Source: Candidatus Onthovivens sp.
Lineage (GTDB): Bacteria > Bacillota_I > Bacilli_A > RFN20 > CAG-826
Assembly (NCBI GenBank): GCA_035270825.1
Contig: DATESL010000015.1
Span: 13,529 to 77,528, forward strand
DNA: 64,000 bases
Reading direction: 5' to 3'
Part shown: piece after piece, positions 17,319 to 27,336 of the stretch
Layout: every line of letters begins with the position of its first letter
Numbering within the stretch: the first letter of the stretch is position 1
Program-made: the position numbers and the translations under genes
The notes under the pieces: generated by a model
The model's input: only the letters and a program-made list of their open reading frames with translations
Databases searched by the model: none
Told to the model about the DNA's origin: nothing

Positions 17319-19235
17319 CTATTTTTGATCTAGCTCAGAAGAGTAATGACATAATTTACCAACGCCATAATAATCTTTGTTACCAAAGTTTAAAGCACAG
17401 GTTTCAGGAATTAAGCCAACTTTTCGGTCTTCTTGTTGTTTGGAAACAACTGCTAGATAACCTTCCCAATCATTAATTAAAGCTTTATTGCTTGAATTGT
17501 CGATTGATAATTTTTGTTGAAGAATATATTGATCAACGAGAGTGTTAACTTTTGGATCTTTAGCTTGGAAAGTTAAATCTCCAACACTATTAGTGATCCA
17601 ATCAAATAATTGGAATTCTTTTTTAGAACCAGAGAAAGTTTCATATTTCTCTTTTAAGGATGTAACACGACTATTGTAACCTTCAACGGTTGTAATAATA
17701 TTTGTATTAACATAAGTTTTGAGTTGTTGATTTTTAGCATCAACTGGGAAATCAGGATTTAAATATTTGTTTCCTTCAGCATCTTGCCCGTTTTGGGTTA
17801 ATGGGTTAACTGGAGCAAAATATTCATTTAATTTAACATCGCTTTTAGCATCATCTTGTAAAGGTGATTTTTCAACGACGATAAAGTGAACACCACCACT
17901 AGAAGAATCACTTCTAACAGTAATAATAGGATTACCACTCTCGTCACATAAAACAGGATATTTTAAACCATCAATTTGAGCAAAGTGAGTAGCTTCAACT
18001 GTTCCATCTTTATAGAAGTTAGGAGTTCCTAAATCATAAGTTCCATCATTATTAATATCTGATTTAATTTTTAAACCAGTATCGGTTGCAGTGTATTCAT
18101 ATGTTGGATCGGTTTTAGCAATATCATAGTTAACAATAAAACCAACGTTATGAGAGTTAAAATATTTACTAAATAAGACGTTACGTGGAAAATATTCAGA
18201 TTTTCCTTCGTTAACTTTAACTTCGTTTCCATTAGCATCTAAAACTGTTTCTTGATCAGCAACATTTTTTAAAGCTTCAACAGCCCCAACTGGAATATAA
18301 TTAACACCAATTTCTTTTAATTCACCTTCAACATTTGTTGGAATATTGAATTTTTCAACAAGTTGGTTTGATTTAGTAGCATTATTGAAGAGAGCCTCAT
18401 AGGTATAAACACCTAATTTGAACTCTTTAATAAAACTAGTGGATAAATCCATTAAATATTCACCACGATTTGTTTTAGCATTATCATCACTTTCATCATA
18501 AGCAATATCTGAGAAAGTTTTGGAAGTAGTGCTTGTTTTGGTCATTTTATTAATAACACGGCTTAACTTAATAGCATTATCTTCACTAATAGCTCCAGTT
18601 GTATAATCGGTTGCATCAGCTTCGTTTTTAACTAAAACGTGACGAACTTGATATGGGAGTTTAGTTTTTAAATAACCATTTTCACCTGCAACCATGTTGT
18701 ATTTATCATAATCTTCATCAGGAGTTTCAGGAGTTTTCCATTCCTTGAATTCTTCATAGTAAAGATCACTAATACGTGTTTTCATAGCTTCAAGTTCAGA
18801 ATCTAGACGATAAGCTTCTTCTTTTTGAGCCTCATCCATTAATTCATCTTTGTAACCAAGGTTATTAGTTAAATAATCAAACCAAGACATGTCGTTTTTA
18901 TCGGCTTGGTCTTTGGCGTTAGCAATTTTCTCCTTAACTTTGGAATCAATTGTAGGTTTATACTCTTTAAATTCACCATCTGCAAAAGATTTTCTTAAAG
19001 CAGTTGCATAGATAGCATCATAATAAGTTTTAGCAGCAGCAGAACCATTTTTGGAAATGTAGTGGTCAAGCATATCTTGAGCAGAAATATTAGCAGTAAT
19101 TTCTTTGTCGCTCCCAGCTGGTTTGTATGTATATTCAATTAAGAAATCTTCTTTAGTTTGAATAGCACAGCTAGATAATGAAATTGTGCTGAAGACCGCA
19201 AGTGCTAAGACTAAGGCTTTTGTACTTTTTTTCAT
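17319..19235 (-). CDS. Large lipoprotein with PrsA/SurA-like chaperone and degenerate parvulin-like segment
   Basis: Lipobox LSS-C after MKKSTKALVLALAVFSTIS. The central PYQVRHVLVK ... DESDDNAKTNRGEYLMDLSTSFIKEFKLGVY resembles the PrsA rotamase core (xHILV ... SxD ... GG-L). Long C-terminal extension. Confidence 0.6.
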   Translation of the reverse strand: MKKSTKALVLALAVFSTISLSSCAIQTKEDFLIEYTYKPAGSDKEITANISAQDMLDHYISKNGSAAAKTYYDAIYATALRKSFADGEFKEYKPTIDSKVKEKIANAKDQADKNDMSWFDYLTNNLGYKDELMDEAQKEEAYRLDSELEAMKTRISDLYYEEFKEWKTPETPDEDYDKYNMVAGENGYLKTKLPYQVRHVLVKNEADATDYTTGAISEDNAIKLSRVINKMTKTSTTSKTFSDIAYDESDDNAKTNRGEYLMDLSTSFIKEFKLGVYTYEALFNNATKSNQLVEKFNIPTNVEGELKEIGVNYIPVGAVEALKNVADQETVLDANGNEVKVNEGKSEYFPRNVLFSKYFNSHNVGFIVNYDIAKTDPTYEYTATDTGLKIKSDINNDGTYDLGTPNFYKDGTVEATHFAQIDGLKYPVLCDESGNPIITVRSDSSSGGVHFIVVEKSPLQDDAKSDVKLNEYFAPVNPLTQNGQDAEGNKYLNPDFPVDAKNQQLKTYVNTNIITTVEGYNSRVTSLKEKYETFSGSKKEFQLFDWITNSVGDLTFQAKDPKVNTLVDQYILQQKLSIDNSSNKALINDWEGYLAVVSKQQEDRKVGLIPETCALNFGNKDYYGVGKLCHYSSELDQK

Positions 19236-19410
19236 CTCTTTTTTCCTTTCAAAAAATTTATCTATTTAATTTCAATAGCGTTTAATATTTTATATTAAAT
19301 AACACAAAGTTGCAAACATTAATATAATATAAAGCAAAAATATTATATCATTTTATTTGTTTAACACCCTCAAAAGTTATAAAATGTAGAAGGTTGAATG
19401 GAGAAACGAT

Positions 19411-20241
19411 ATGAGTAATGAAATTGTTATAAAAAATCTTCACGTTTCAGTAGAAGAAAAAGAAATTTTAAAAGGTGTTAATTTGGAAATTAAAGAGGGT
19501 GAAATCATTGCTCTTTTAGGTCCTAATGGTAATGGTAAATCCACTCTTTTAGCCGCTATAATGGGCAATCCACGCTATCGAGTAACTAAGGGAGAAATCC
19601 TTTTTAATGGGGAAGATGTTTTAAAGATGAGTGTTAATGAAAGATCAACTAAAGGGATCTTTTTAGCCTTCCAAAATCCCGTTGAAATTCCTGGTGTTAT
19701 TTCTGCTGATTTTTATAAAACTGCTTTAAATTCTCGTTTAGAGTCTAAACTTTCTTTATATAAATTTTATAAAATCTTAGATGAAAAATCTAAAGAGATG
19801 AAAATGCCTCTAGATTTAGTTAATCGTAGCCTTAATGATGGCTTTAGTGGAGGAGAAAAAAAGCGTAATGAAATTTTACAAATGTTACTTCTAAATCCAC
19901 ATATTGCTCTTCTTGATGAGATTGATTCTGGACTTGATGTTGATGCTATTGAAATTGTTAGTGAGGCAATTAAAAAACAATTTAGGGATCATCAAACTGG
20001 CTTCTTAGTGATTTCTCACTATGCTCGCTTGTTTAAATTAATAAAACCAACTAAGACGGCGGTCTTAATTAATGGTAAAATAGCCTTAACAGGTGGACCT
20101 GAACTCTTTGAAAAAATTGATTCACAAGGTTATGAATGGATTAAAAAAGAATTAAACATTGAACTGGAAGAAGAAAATGAGAAAAAAAGAGTTTCTATTG
20201 GTGTATGTGGAACAAAGGAGGCGTTAAAAAATGTATTTTAA
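19411..20241 (+). CDS. sufC: Fe-S cluster assembly ATPase SufC
   Basis: Walker A GPNGNGKST, signature FSGGEKKR, Walker B LLDEIDSGLD. First gene of the suf cluster. Confidence 0.95.
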   Translation: MSNEIVIKNLHVSVEEKEILKGVNLEIKEGEIIALLGPNGNGKSTLLAAIMGNPRYRVTKGEILFNGEDVLKMSVNERSTKGIFLAFQNPVEIPGVISADFYKTALNSRLESKLSLYKFYKILDEKSKEMKMPLDLVNRSLNDGFSGGEKKRNEILQMLLLNPHIALLDEIDSGLDVDAIEIVSEAIKKQFRDHQTGFLVISHYARLFKLIKPTKTAVLINGKIALTGGPELFEKIDSQGYEWIKKELNIELEEENEKKRVSIGVCGTKEALKNVF

Positions 20242-21007
20242 AGAACTATCAAATGATGTCGATTCCGATACTATTACTTTAAAGGATATTAGATATCAAG
20301 AATCTTACTATGTAGATGATGCTGGTGGTAAAATTATCCTAAAAAATACCTCAGGTCAACATATGTTATCGTTTTTATTACAAGAAAACGCTGTTTTAAA
20401 TTTCAAATTAATTTTAAGTAAGGAAAAAAGTGAATTTCGTATTAATGCTGAACTTGCAAAAAATGCGAAATTAACAATTGAGGTTATTGATTTTTATGAT
20501 ATTGATTCTGACGTTGCAATTCATTCTTGTTTAGATGGAGAATTCTCTTCCTCGGATGTTCGTTTTGCTGTCGTTGCTAACAATAAGAAAAAGAAAAAAT
20601 ATAATGTTACTTTTACTCATTCTTATCCTAACACTTATTCCTCTATGACTGGGAACGGGGTTAGTTTAGGAAAGGGTTCAATTACCATGAAGGGAGTTTC
20701 GACAATTGAAGAAGATTGTATTAAATCAGAAGCTCATCAAAATGTACGCATTGTTTTATTTGATAAAGAATCTAAGGGGCATGGGTCTCCTATTTTAAAA
20801 ACTTATTGCGATGATATTGTCGCCTCTCATGCTTGTGCTATTGGTTCATTAAAAGAAGAAGATTTCTTCTATCTTTTAAGTCGTGGAATTGATGAAGCTG
20901 AAGCTCGTAAATTACTTACTTTAAGTTATTTACAACCAACGATTGAATTATTTAAAGAGGCTGATCAAGAGGTAATAAAAGAATCAATTAAAGGGACTAT
21001 TTTATGA
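20231..21007 (+). CDS. sufD: Fe-S cluster assembly protein SufD (short form)
   Basis: Sits between sufC and sufS. The C-terminal beta-helix motifs (EAHQNVRIVLFDKESKGHGSPIL, FYLLSRGIDEAEARKLL) parallel the SufB C-terminus. Only 258 aa. Confidence 0.8.
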   Translation: MYFKELSNDVDSDTITLKDIRYQESYYVDDAGGKIILKNTSGQHMLSFLLQENAVLNFKLILSKEKSEFRINAELAKNAKLTIEVIDFYDIDSDVAIHSCLDGEFSSSDVRFAVVANNKKKKKYNVTFTHSYPNTYSSMTGNGVSLGKGSITMKGVSTIEEDCIKSEAHQNVRIVLFDKESKGHGSPILKTYCDDIVASHACAIGSLKEEDFFYLLSRGIDEAEARKLLTLSYLQPTIELFKEADQEVIKESIKGTIL

Positions 21008-22230
21008 TTGATGTAAAGAAAATTAGAAATGATTTTCCAATAATTCGTAATTATAAAGGAGAAAAACCCTTTATCTATTTTGATAATGCTGCAACAACCT
21101 TAAAACCAGATTTAGTGATTGATGCCTGTCATAAATATTATGCTGAAGAGTCGGCTAATGCTCACCGCGGTGATTATGATTTAGCATTTAAAGTTGATAA
21201 AAAAGTTGATGAAGTAAGATCTAAAATTGCTAATTTTATTAACGCTCCTAAGGGTTCAATTATTTTTACTAGCGGGGCTAGTATGTCGATGAATCTCGTC
21301 GCTTATGGGATGGGAATGAAATATTTAACTGCTGATGATGAAATTATTTTAACAGAAGCTGAACATGCAAGTAATGTTTTACCTTGGTTTAAAGTTGCTG
21401 AAATGACCGGTGCTAAAATTAAATATATTGAATTAGATGAAGAGGGCCGCTGCAAACCAGAAGCTTTGAAAAAAGTTATTTCTAATAAAACAAAAATTGT
21501 TTCAATTGCACAAGTCACTAATGTTTTGGGTTATGAGATTGATATTAAGGAAATGAGCAAAATTGCCCATCAACACGGAGCAATTTTGGTATGTGATGCT
21601 GCTCAAAGTGCACCACATTTAAAAATTGATGTTGTCGATTTAGATTGTGATTTTTTACTTTTTAGTGCTCATAAAATGTGTGGTCCAACCGGGATTGGAG
21701 TCTTGTATGGAAAGTATAATTTACTTTCCACGATGGATCCATTTTTAACTGGGGGTGGCGATAATGCCCGTTTTGATATGTGTGGGAATGTGGCTTATTT
21801 ACAACCACCAGCAAAATTTGAAGCCGGAACAATGAATTTAGATGGCATTTATGGGTTTGGGGCTGCTGTTGATTATTTAGAAAGTTTAGGAATGGATAAT
21901 ATTAATAAGTATGAAAAAGAACTAAGAAAATATGCTATTTCAAAGTTAGAAAAACTTGATAATGTTATTATTTATAATAAAAATGCGGATGCAGGAATTA
22001 TTACTTTAAATGTTAAAGGAGTTTTTCCTCAAGATGAAGCAAGTTATCTTAATTCTAAGGGGATTTGTGTTAGAAGTGGGGAACACTGTGCTAAACTATT
22101 AAAGGATTTATTAAAGACAGTAGGAACAGTCCGAGCTTCTTTTTACTTTTATAATACATATGAAGAGATTGATCTTCTAGTAGAAGCCCTTAAAAAAGGG
22201 GAGGATTTTTTAGATGCCTATTTTAACTAA
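21004..22230 (+). CDS. sufS: Cysteine desulfurase SufS
   Basis: Class V aminotransferase with a PLP-Lys context (FSAHKMCGPTGIG) and catalytic Cys (RSGEHCA). Confidence 0.95.
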   Translation: MIDVKKIRNDFPIIRNYKGEKPFIYFDNAATTLKPDLVIDACHKYYAEESANAHRGDYDLAFKVDKKVDEVRSKIANFINAPKGSIIFTSGASMSMNLVAYGMGMKYLTADDEIILTEAEHASNVLPWFKVAEMTGAKIKYIELDEEGRCKPEALKKVISNKTKIVSIAQVTNVLGYEIDIKEMSKIAHQHGAILVCDAAQSAPHLKIDVVDLDCDFLLFSAHKMCGPTGIGVLYGKYNLLSTMDPFLTGGGDNARFDMCGNVAYLQPPAKFEAGTMNLDGIYGFGAAVDYLESLGMDNINKYEKELRKYAISKLEKLDNVIIYNKNADAGIITLNVKGVFPQDEASYLNSKGICVRSGEHCAKLLKDLLKTVGTVRASFYFYNTYEEIDLLVEALKKGEDFLDAYFN

Positions 22231-22660
22231 TGAAATGATGAGAGAGATTATTCTTGATCACAACTCTAATCCATTAAATAAAAAAGTTCCTCTTGATGCT
22301 AGTGGCTATTATACAATCCGTATGGATAGTGATTCTTGTATTGATGATATCACTCTTTATTTAAAACTCGAAAAAGGGACCTTAAAAGATTTAAAGTTTG
22401 ATGGAGTTGCTTGTGCTATTTCTACGGCCAGTACAGATATCCTCTGTGATTTAGTCATTAATAAAACGATTAAGGAAGCCTTTTATATTATTGAGAATTA
22501 TCTAAATATGCTCTATGAAAAAGACTATGATGAAGAGATTTTAGAAGAAGCTAATGTCTTTGCTAACACTCATAAACAAGCCTCGCGCATTAAATGTGCA
22601 ACAATTGGCTTTGTGGGGTTACAACAATTACTGGAAGAACATAAAAATGAAGAAAAATAA
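22214..22660 (+). CDS. sufU: Sulfur-transfer scaffold SufU
   Basis: IscU/SufU fold with the three conserved Cys ([21 protein letters not shown]). Confidence 0.9.
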   Translation: MPILTNEMMREIILDHNSNPLNKKVPLDASGYYTIRMDSDSCIDDITLYLKLEKGTLKDLKFDGVACAISTASTDILCDLVINKTIKEAFYIIENYLNMLYEKDYDEEILEEANVFANTHKQASRIKCATIGFVGLQQLLEEHKNEEK

Positions 22661-24044
22661 ATTAGAATTAAATAACGAATATAAATATGATTTTAAAGAT
22701 GAGGTTACAAGTACTTTTACAACTGGTCTTGGACTAAATGAGGAAGTAATTCGTACCATCTCTAAAATGAAAGAAGAACCTGAATGGATGCTTAATTTTC
22801 GTTTGGAAGCTTATGAAAAGTTTTTAAAAATTCCTTTTCCTAACTTTGGACCAAATGTCGCTGATTTAGACTTTTCTTCATATACTTATTTTACTCGTTA
22901 TGGAAAAGAAGAAACAACTTGGGAAGAGGTCCCCGAAACAATTAAAAATACCTTTAAAAAACTTGGGATTCCTGAAGCTGAACAGAAATTTTTAAGTGGC
23001 GCTGCCACCCAATATGAATCCGAAATGGTTTATCATAATATGCTGAAAGAAGTTGAGGAAAAAGGAGTTATTTTTCTATCAACTGATCAAGCTTTAAAAC
23101 AATATCCTGAGATTTTTCAAAAATATTTCAATAGTGTTATTAATGTTGCTGATAATAAATTTAGTTCCTTAAACGGAGCTGTTTGGAGTGGTGGTAGTTT
23201 TATTTATGTTCCTAAAAATGTTAAATTAGATAAACCATTACAATCTTATTTCCGTATTAACAATGAAAAAACTGGTCAATTTGAAAGAACATTAATTATT
23301 GTTGATGAGGGAGCTGAAGTTCATTATGTTGAAGGATGTACTGCCCCAATTTATAGTAAGGATAGTTTACATGCTGCTGTTGTTGAAATTGTTGTTTTAA
23401 AGGATGCAAAATGTCGTTATTCAACAGTTCAAAACTGGTCAAATAATATCATTAATCTTGTTACTAAAAGAGCTAATTGCTATGAAAATGCGACGATGGA
23501 ATGGATCGATGGAAATATTGGTTCTAAACTTAATATGAAGTACCCAGCTTGTGTTTTAAAGGGTAAAAAAGCGAAAGGAATCTGTATTTCGATTGCAGTT
23601 GCGGCAAACGGCCAATATCAAGATGCTGGTGCTAGAATGATACATGAAGCTCCAAATACAACCTCAACAATTATTTCTAAATCAATTGTTAGAAATGGTG
23701 GAGTTAGTAATTATCGTGGGACAGTTCGTATTAATAAGGAAGCTATCAACTCTAAGAGTCATGTTGAGTGCGATACCTTAATTCTTGATGATTTTTCAAA
23801 ATCTGATACTATTCCTAAAAATGAAGTTAAAAATAATTCATCTTATTTAGAACATGAAGCAACAGTTTCTAAAATTAATGAAGATCAATTATTTTATCTA
23901 ATGAGTCGTGGATTAAAAGAATCGGAAGCTATTCAAATGATAGTAATGGGCTTTATTGAACCATTCTCAAAAGAACTTCCAATGGAATATGCTGTTGAAT
24001 TAAACCAATTAATCAACCTTGATATGGAAGGAAGCATTGGTTAA
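22647..24044 (+). CDS. sufB: Fe-S cluster assembly protein SufB
   Basis: Start moved from the track ORF (22554) to the internal ATG at 22647 ([16 protein letters not shown]), which fits the SufB N-terminus. Conserved [16 protein letters not shown]. Confidence 0.9.
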   Translation: MKKNKLELNNEYKYDFKDEVTSTFTTGLGLNEEVIRTISKMKEEPEWMLNFRLEAYEKFLKIPFPNFGPNVADLDFSSYTYFTRYGKEETTWEEVPETIKNTFKKLGIPEAEQKFLSGAATQYESEMVYHNMLKEVEEKGVIFLSTDQALKQYPEIFQKYFNSVINVADNKFSSLNGAVWSGGSFIYVPKNVKLDKPLQSYFRINNEKTGQFERTLIIVDEGAEVHYVEGCTAPIYSKDSLHAAVVEIVVLKDAKCRYSTVQNWSNNIINLVTKRANCYENATMEWIDGNIGSKLNMKYPACVLKGKKAKGICISIAVAANGQYQDAGARMIHEAPNTTSTIISKSIVRNGGVSNYRGTVRINKEAINSKSHVECDTLILDDFSKSDTIPKNEVKNNSSYLEHEATVSKINEDQLFYLMSRGLKESEAIQMIVMGFIEPFSKELPMEYAVELNQLINLDMEGSIG

Positions 24045-25921
24045 TGAACCTAAATTATGATGTAGTTGTTGTTGGGGGTGGTCATGCAGGAGTTGAGGCG
24101 TCTTTAGCAGCTGCTAAAAGAGGTAAATCAACTTTATTAGTGACCCTTAATTTTAAGATGGTTGCTAATATGCCTTGTAATCCTCATATTGGGGGAAGTG
24201 CTAAGGGAATTGTTGTTCGAGAGATTGATGCTTTAGGGGGACTAATGGCTAAAGCTGCTGATCATGAGTATTTACAAATGAAAATGTTAAATACTAAAAA
24301 AGGACCTGGAGTTCAATGTTTAAGAGCACAATCAGATAAACTTCGTTATCCTAAATTTATTCAAGATTACTTATTAAAAGTTGATAATCTTGAGATTATT
24401 GAAAATGAAGTTGTTGATTTTATTTATAATGAAGATTCCATTTTAGGAATCATTTTAAAATCAGGTGAGAAAATATGTGCTTCGGCAGTTATTTTATCAA
24501 CTGGAACATATATGAATAGTGAAATTCTTGTTGGTCATGAAAAATATCAAGGGGGACCAGATGGAGAAAAACCAGCGATCCCAATTAGTGAATCTTTAAG
24601 AAAAATGGGAATTGAACTTCAAAGATTAAAAACTGGAACTCCTCAACGAATTGCAAGAGAATCAATTGATTTTTCTAAAGCCCTGATTCAAGAGGGAAAT
24701 ATTGATGATCAAGGGTTTTCTTATTCAACAAAAGAGTTTTTACCACTTGATAAACAAGTTCCTTGTTATTTAATTTATACAACTCCATTAACTCATAAAA
24801 TTATTAATGAAAATTTAAAGGAAAGTGCGATGTATAGCGGATTAGTAACTGGGATTGGACCTCGTTATTGTCCCTCAATTGAAGATAAACTTGTTAAATT
24901 TGCTGATAAGGAAAGACATCAATTATTTTTAGAACCAGAATCATTTGATACAAATAGTATCTATGTTCAAGGTTTTTCAACTTCGATGCCAAAAGATGTC
25001 CAAGATAAAATGGTTTCGTCTTTACCAGGAATGGAAAATGCTAAAATATTAAAATATGCTTATGCTATTGAATATGATGCTCTTGATCCAACCCAATTTG
25101 ATAGCTCTTTGATGGTTAAAAAGTATAACGGTTTATTTATTGCTGGGCAGATTTGTGGGACGAGTGGTTATGAGGAAGCAGCAGCTCTTGGCTTAATGGC
25201 AGGAATTAATGCTACTTTATATCTTGATCACAAAGAACCATTTGTTTTGAAAAGAGATGAAGCTTATATTGGAGTGATGATTGATGATTTAATAACTAAA
25301 GGAACAAATGAACCTTACCGTTTATTGTCAAGCAGAGCTGAATATCGCTTATTATTAAGACATGATAATGCTGATTTGCGCCTTATGAAATATGGATATT
25401 ATTATAATTTAATAAATAAAGACCAATATGATGCTCTTATTTTAAAAGAGCAAATTATTAATGAATTAAATGAGTATCTTGCTAAAGTTTATTTTGGTGA
25501 GACGAGTTTAGTTAATGATTATTTAGTAACCTTAGGATATGAAAGATTAAGTAGTGGAGTTAGTGCAAAAGAAGTTTTAAAAAGAAACTATGTTGAATAT
25601 AAAGAAATTAAAAAATATTTAAATATTCCATCTCATCTAGAACTTGATCGAGTTGGTGAAGAACAATTACAAATTCTTGTTAAATATGAAGGATATATTG
25701 TTAACCAAAGAAAAGAAGCTTTAAAAGTTCAAAAATTAGAAAACATTAAATTAAAAGATGATATCGATTACTTTGCAATGGAAGGACTGGCTTTAGAAGC
25801 TCGTCAAAAGTTTACTAAAATTCGACCAAGCACGATTGGACAAGCCTCACGAATTAGCGGAGTTAATCCATCGGACATTTCAATTTTAATTATGAACTTA
25901 AAAAGGATTAAAAAAATATAA
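24044..25921 (+). CDS. mnmG: tRNA uridine-5-carboxymethylaminomethyl modification enzyme MnmG (GidA)
   Basis: FAD motif VVVVGGGHAGVEA and full-length GidA signatures. TAATG overlap with sufB. Confidence 0.95.
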   Translation: MNLNYDVVVVGGGHAGVEASLAAAKRGKSTLLVTLNFKMVANMPCNPHIGGSAKGIVVREIDALGGLMAKAADHEYLQMKMLNTKKGPGVQCLRAQSDKLRYPKFIQDYLLKVDNLEIIENEVVDFIYNEDSILGIILKSGEKICASAVILSTGTYMNSEILVGHEKYQGGPDGEKPAIPISESLRKMGIELQRLKTGTPQRIARESIDFSKALIQEGNIDDQGFSYSTKEFLPLDKQVPCYLIYTTPLTHKIINENLKESAMYSGLVTGIGPRYCPSIEDKLVKFADKERHQLFLEPESFDTNSIYVQGFSTSMPKDVQDKMVSSLPGMENAKILKYAYAIEYDALDPTQFDSSLMVKKYNGLFIAGQICGTSGYEEAAALGLMAGINATLYLDHKEPFVLKRDEAYIGVMIDDLITKGTNEPYRLLSSRAEYRLLLRHDNADLRLMKYGYYYNLINKDQYDALILKEQIINELNEYLAKVYFGETSLVNDYLVTLGYERLSSGVSAKEVLKRNYVEYKEIKKYLNIPSHLELDRVGEEQLQILVKYEGYIVNQRKEALKVQKLENIKLKDDIDYFAMEGLALEARQKFTKIRPSTIGQASRISGVNPSDISILIMNLKRIKKI

Positions 25922-26571
25922 TGGAAAATAAAATACTTTTAGAAAAGTTTATGAATCTAGTTTTAGAGGAAAATAAACACCTTAATTTAACAGCGATTAC
26001 TGATAAAGAAGAGTTTAAAGAAAAGCATTTTTATGATTCTCTTTTACCTTCCAAGGTTGTTGATTTTAATAATAAAGTTGTGATGGATTTAGGAACTGGT
26101 GCTGGTTTTCCTGGAATTCCTTTAGCAATTTCTTTTCCAACTTCTAAATTTTATTTAGTTGAACCATTGACAAAAAGATGTTTATTTTTAGAAAAAGTTA
26201 TTGCTCTTTTAGAATTGAAAAATGTCGAAATTATCAATGCAAGAATTGAAGATTTAGATAAAAAAATGCTCGGAGAAATGGATTTAATTACTGCAAGAGC
26301 AGTTTCCCGTTTAAATGTGATCTTAGAATTAGCAGTTCCTTATTTAAAGGTTGGCGGATCACTAATTGCTTATAAAGGAAATCAATATCAAGAAGAGGTA
26401 AATGAAGCCTTTAATGCTCTAAATTTATTAAAGGCTGAGGTAAAAGAAGTTCAAGTTGAAAAATTGCCTATTTCAAAAAACGACAGATTTAATATAATAA
26501 TAGAAAAGAAAGAAATAACTTGTGAAAAGTTTCCACGCAAATTTTCACAAATTAAAAAGAGACCATTATAA
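25921..26571 (+). CDS. rsmG: 16S rRNA (guanine527-N7)-methyltransferase RsmG (GidB)
   Basis: SAM motif DLGTGAGFPGIPLAI. TAATG overlap with mnmG. Confidence 0.9.
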   Translation: MENKILLEKFMNLVLEENKHLNLTAITDKEEFKEKHFYDSLLPSKVVDFNNKVVMDLGTGAGFPGIPLAISFPTSKFYLVEPLTKRCLFLEKVIALLELKNVEIINARIEDLDKKMLGEMDLITARAVSRLNVILELAVPYLKVGGSLIAYKGNQYQEEVNEAFNALNLLKAEVKEVQVEKLPISKNDRFNIIIEKKEITCEKFPRKFSQIKKRPL

Positions 26572-27336
26572 ATGAAAGTAATTGCTATTTCTAACCAAAA
26601 AGGTGGAGTTGGTAAAACAACCACCTCCATTAATCTTGCTGCCTCTTTAGCTTTAATGGATAAAAAAGTTTTACTAATTGATTTAGATCCCCAAGGAAAT
26701 TCTTCTAGAGGGCTAGGAATTGATATCAATTCAATTAGTAAAACTATTTTTGATGCTTTAATTCTTGATGTTGATATTAATAAGATTATTAAAAAAACAA
26801 TGATTAAGACTTTAGAAATTATTCCTTCAAACTTGAGGCTTTCTAACTTAGAAAATGAATTAGCTCAAAAATCAATCGAACCATTTACTTGTTTAAAAAA
26901 TGTTTTATTAAATATTAACCGTAAATTTGATTATATACTAGTTGATTGTCCTCCAAGTTTAGGATTACTTTGTTTAAATGCACTTACTGCAGCTAGTAGT
27001 GTTTTAATTCCTGTTCAATGCGAATACTTTGCAATGGAAGGATTAGCTCAAATTCTTTCAACAATTCATCGAGTTCAAGATATTTATAATGATTCTTTAG
27101 CTATTGAGGGCTTTTTATTAACAATGTATGAATCACATTCTCGTTTATGCAATGAGGTTGTTGATCAGGTTAGAGGGTTATTTATTGAATCAACATTTGC
27201 TGTTTCAATTCCTCGTAATGTTTCTTTAAGTGAGGCAAGTGCTCGTGGATTACCAGCGATTTTATATCGACCAAGTAGTAGTGGAGCAATAGCTTATAAT
27301 AAGTTAGCTAGGGAGATTATTGATAATGAAAAGTGA
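26572..27336 (+). CDS. parA: Chromosome partitioning ATPase ParA/Soj
   Basis: Deviant Walker [10 protein letters not shown] and DCPPSLG. Starts directly after the rsmG stop. Confidence 0.95.
   Translation: MKVIAISNQKGGVGKTTTSINLAASLALMDKKVLLIDLDPQGNSSRGLGIDINSISKTIFDALILDVDINKIIKKTMIKTLEIIPSNLRLSNLENELAQKSIEPFTCLKNVLLNINRKFDYILVDCPPSLGLLCLNALTAASSVLIPVQCEYFAMEGLAQILSTIHRVQDIYNDSLAIEGFLLTMYESHSRLCNEVVDQVRGLFIESTFAVSIPRNVSLSEASARGLPAILYRPSSSGAIAYNKLAREIIDNEK

Noticed and set aside
22554-22646. 5' extensions of track ORFs: sufB 22554, der 30059, pgsA 35663, rny 38098, pepF 59926, rex 62248, parB 27320
   Set aside because: Internal ATGs with proper SDs give N-termini that match the known families. 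The pgsA extension would run through the RNase P RNA gene.
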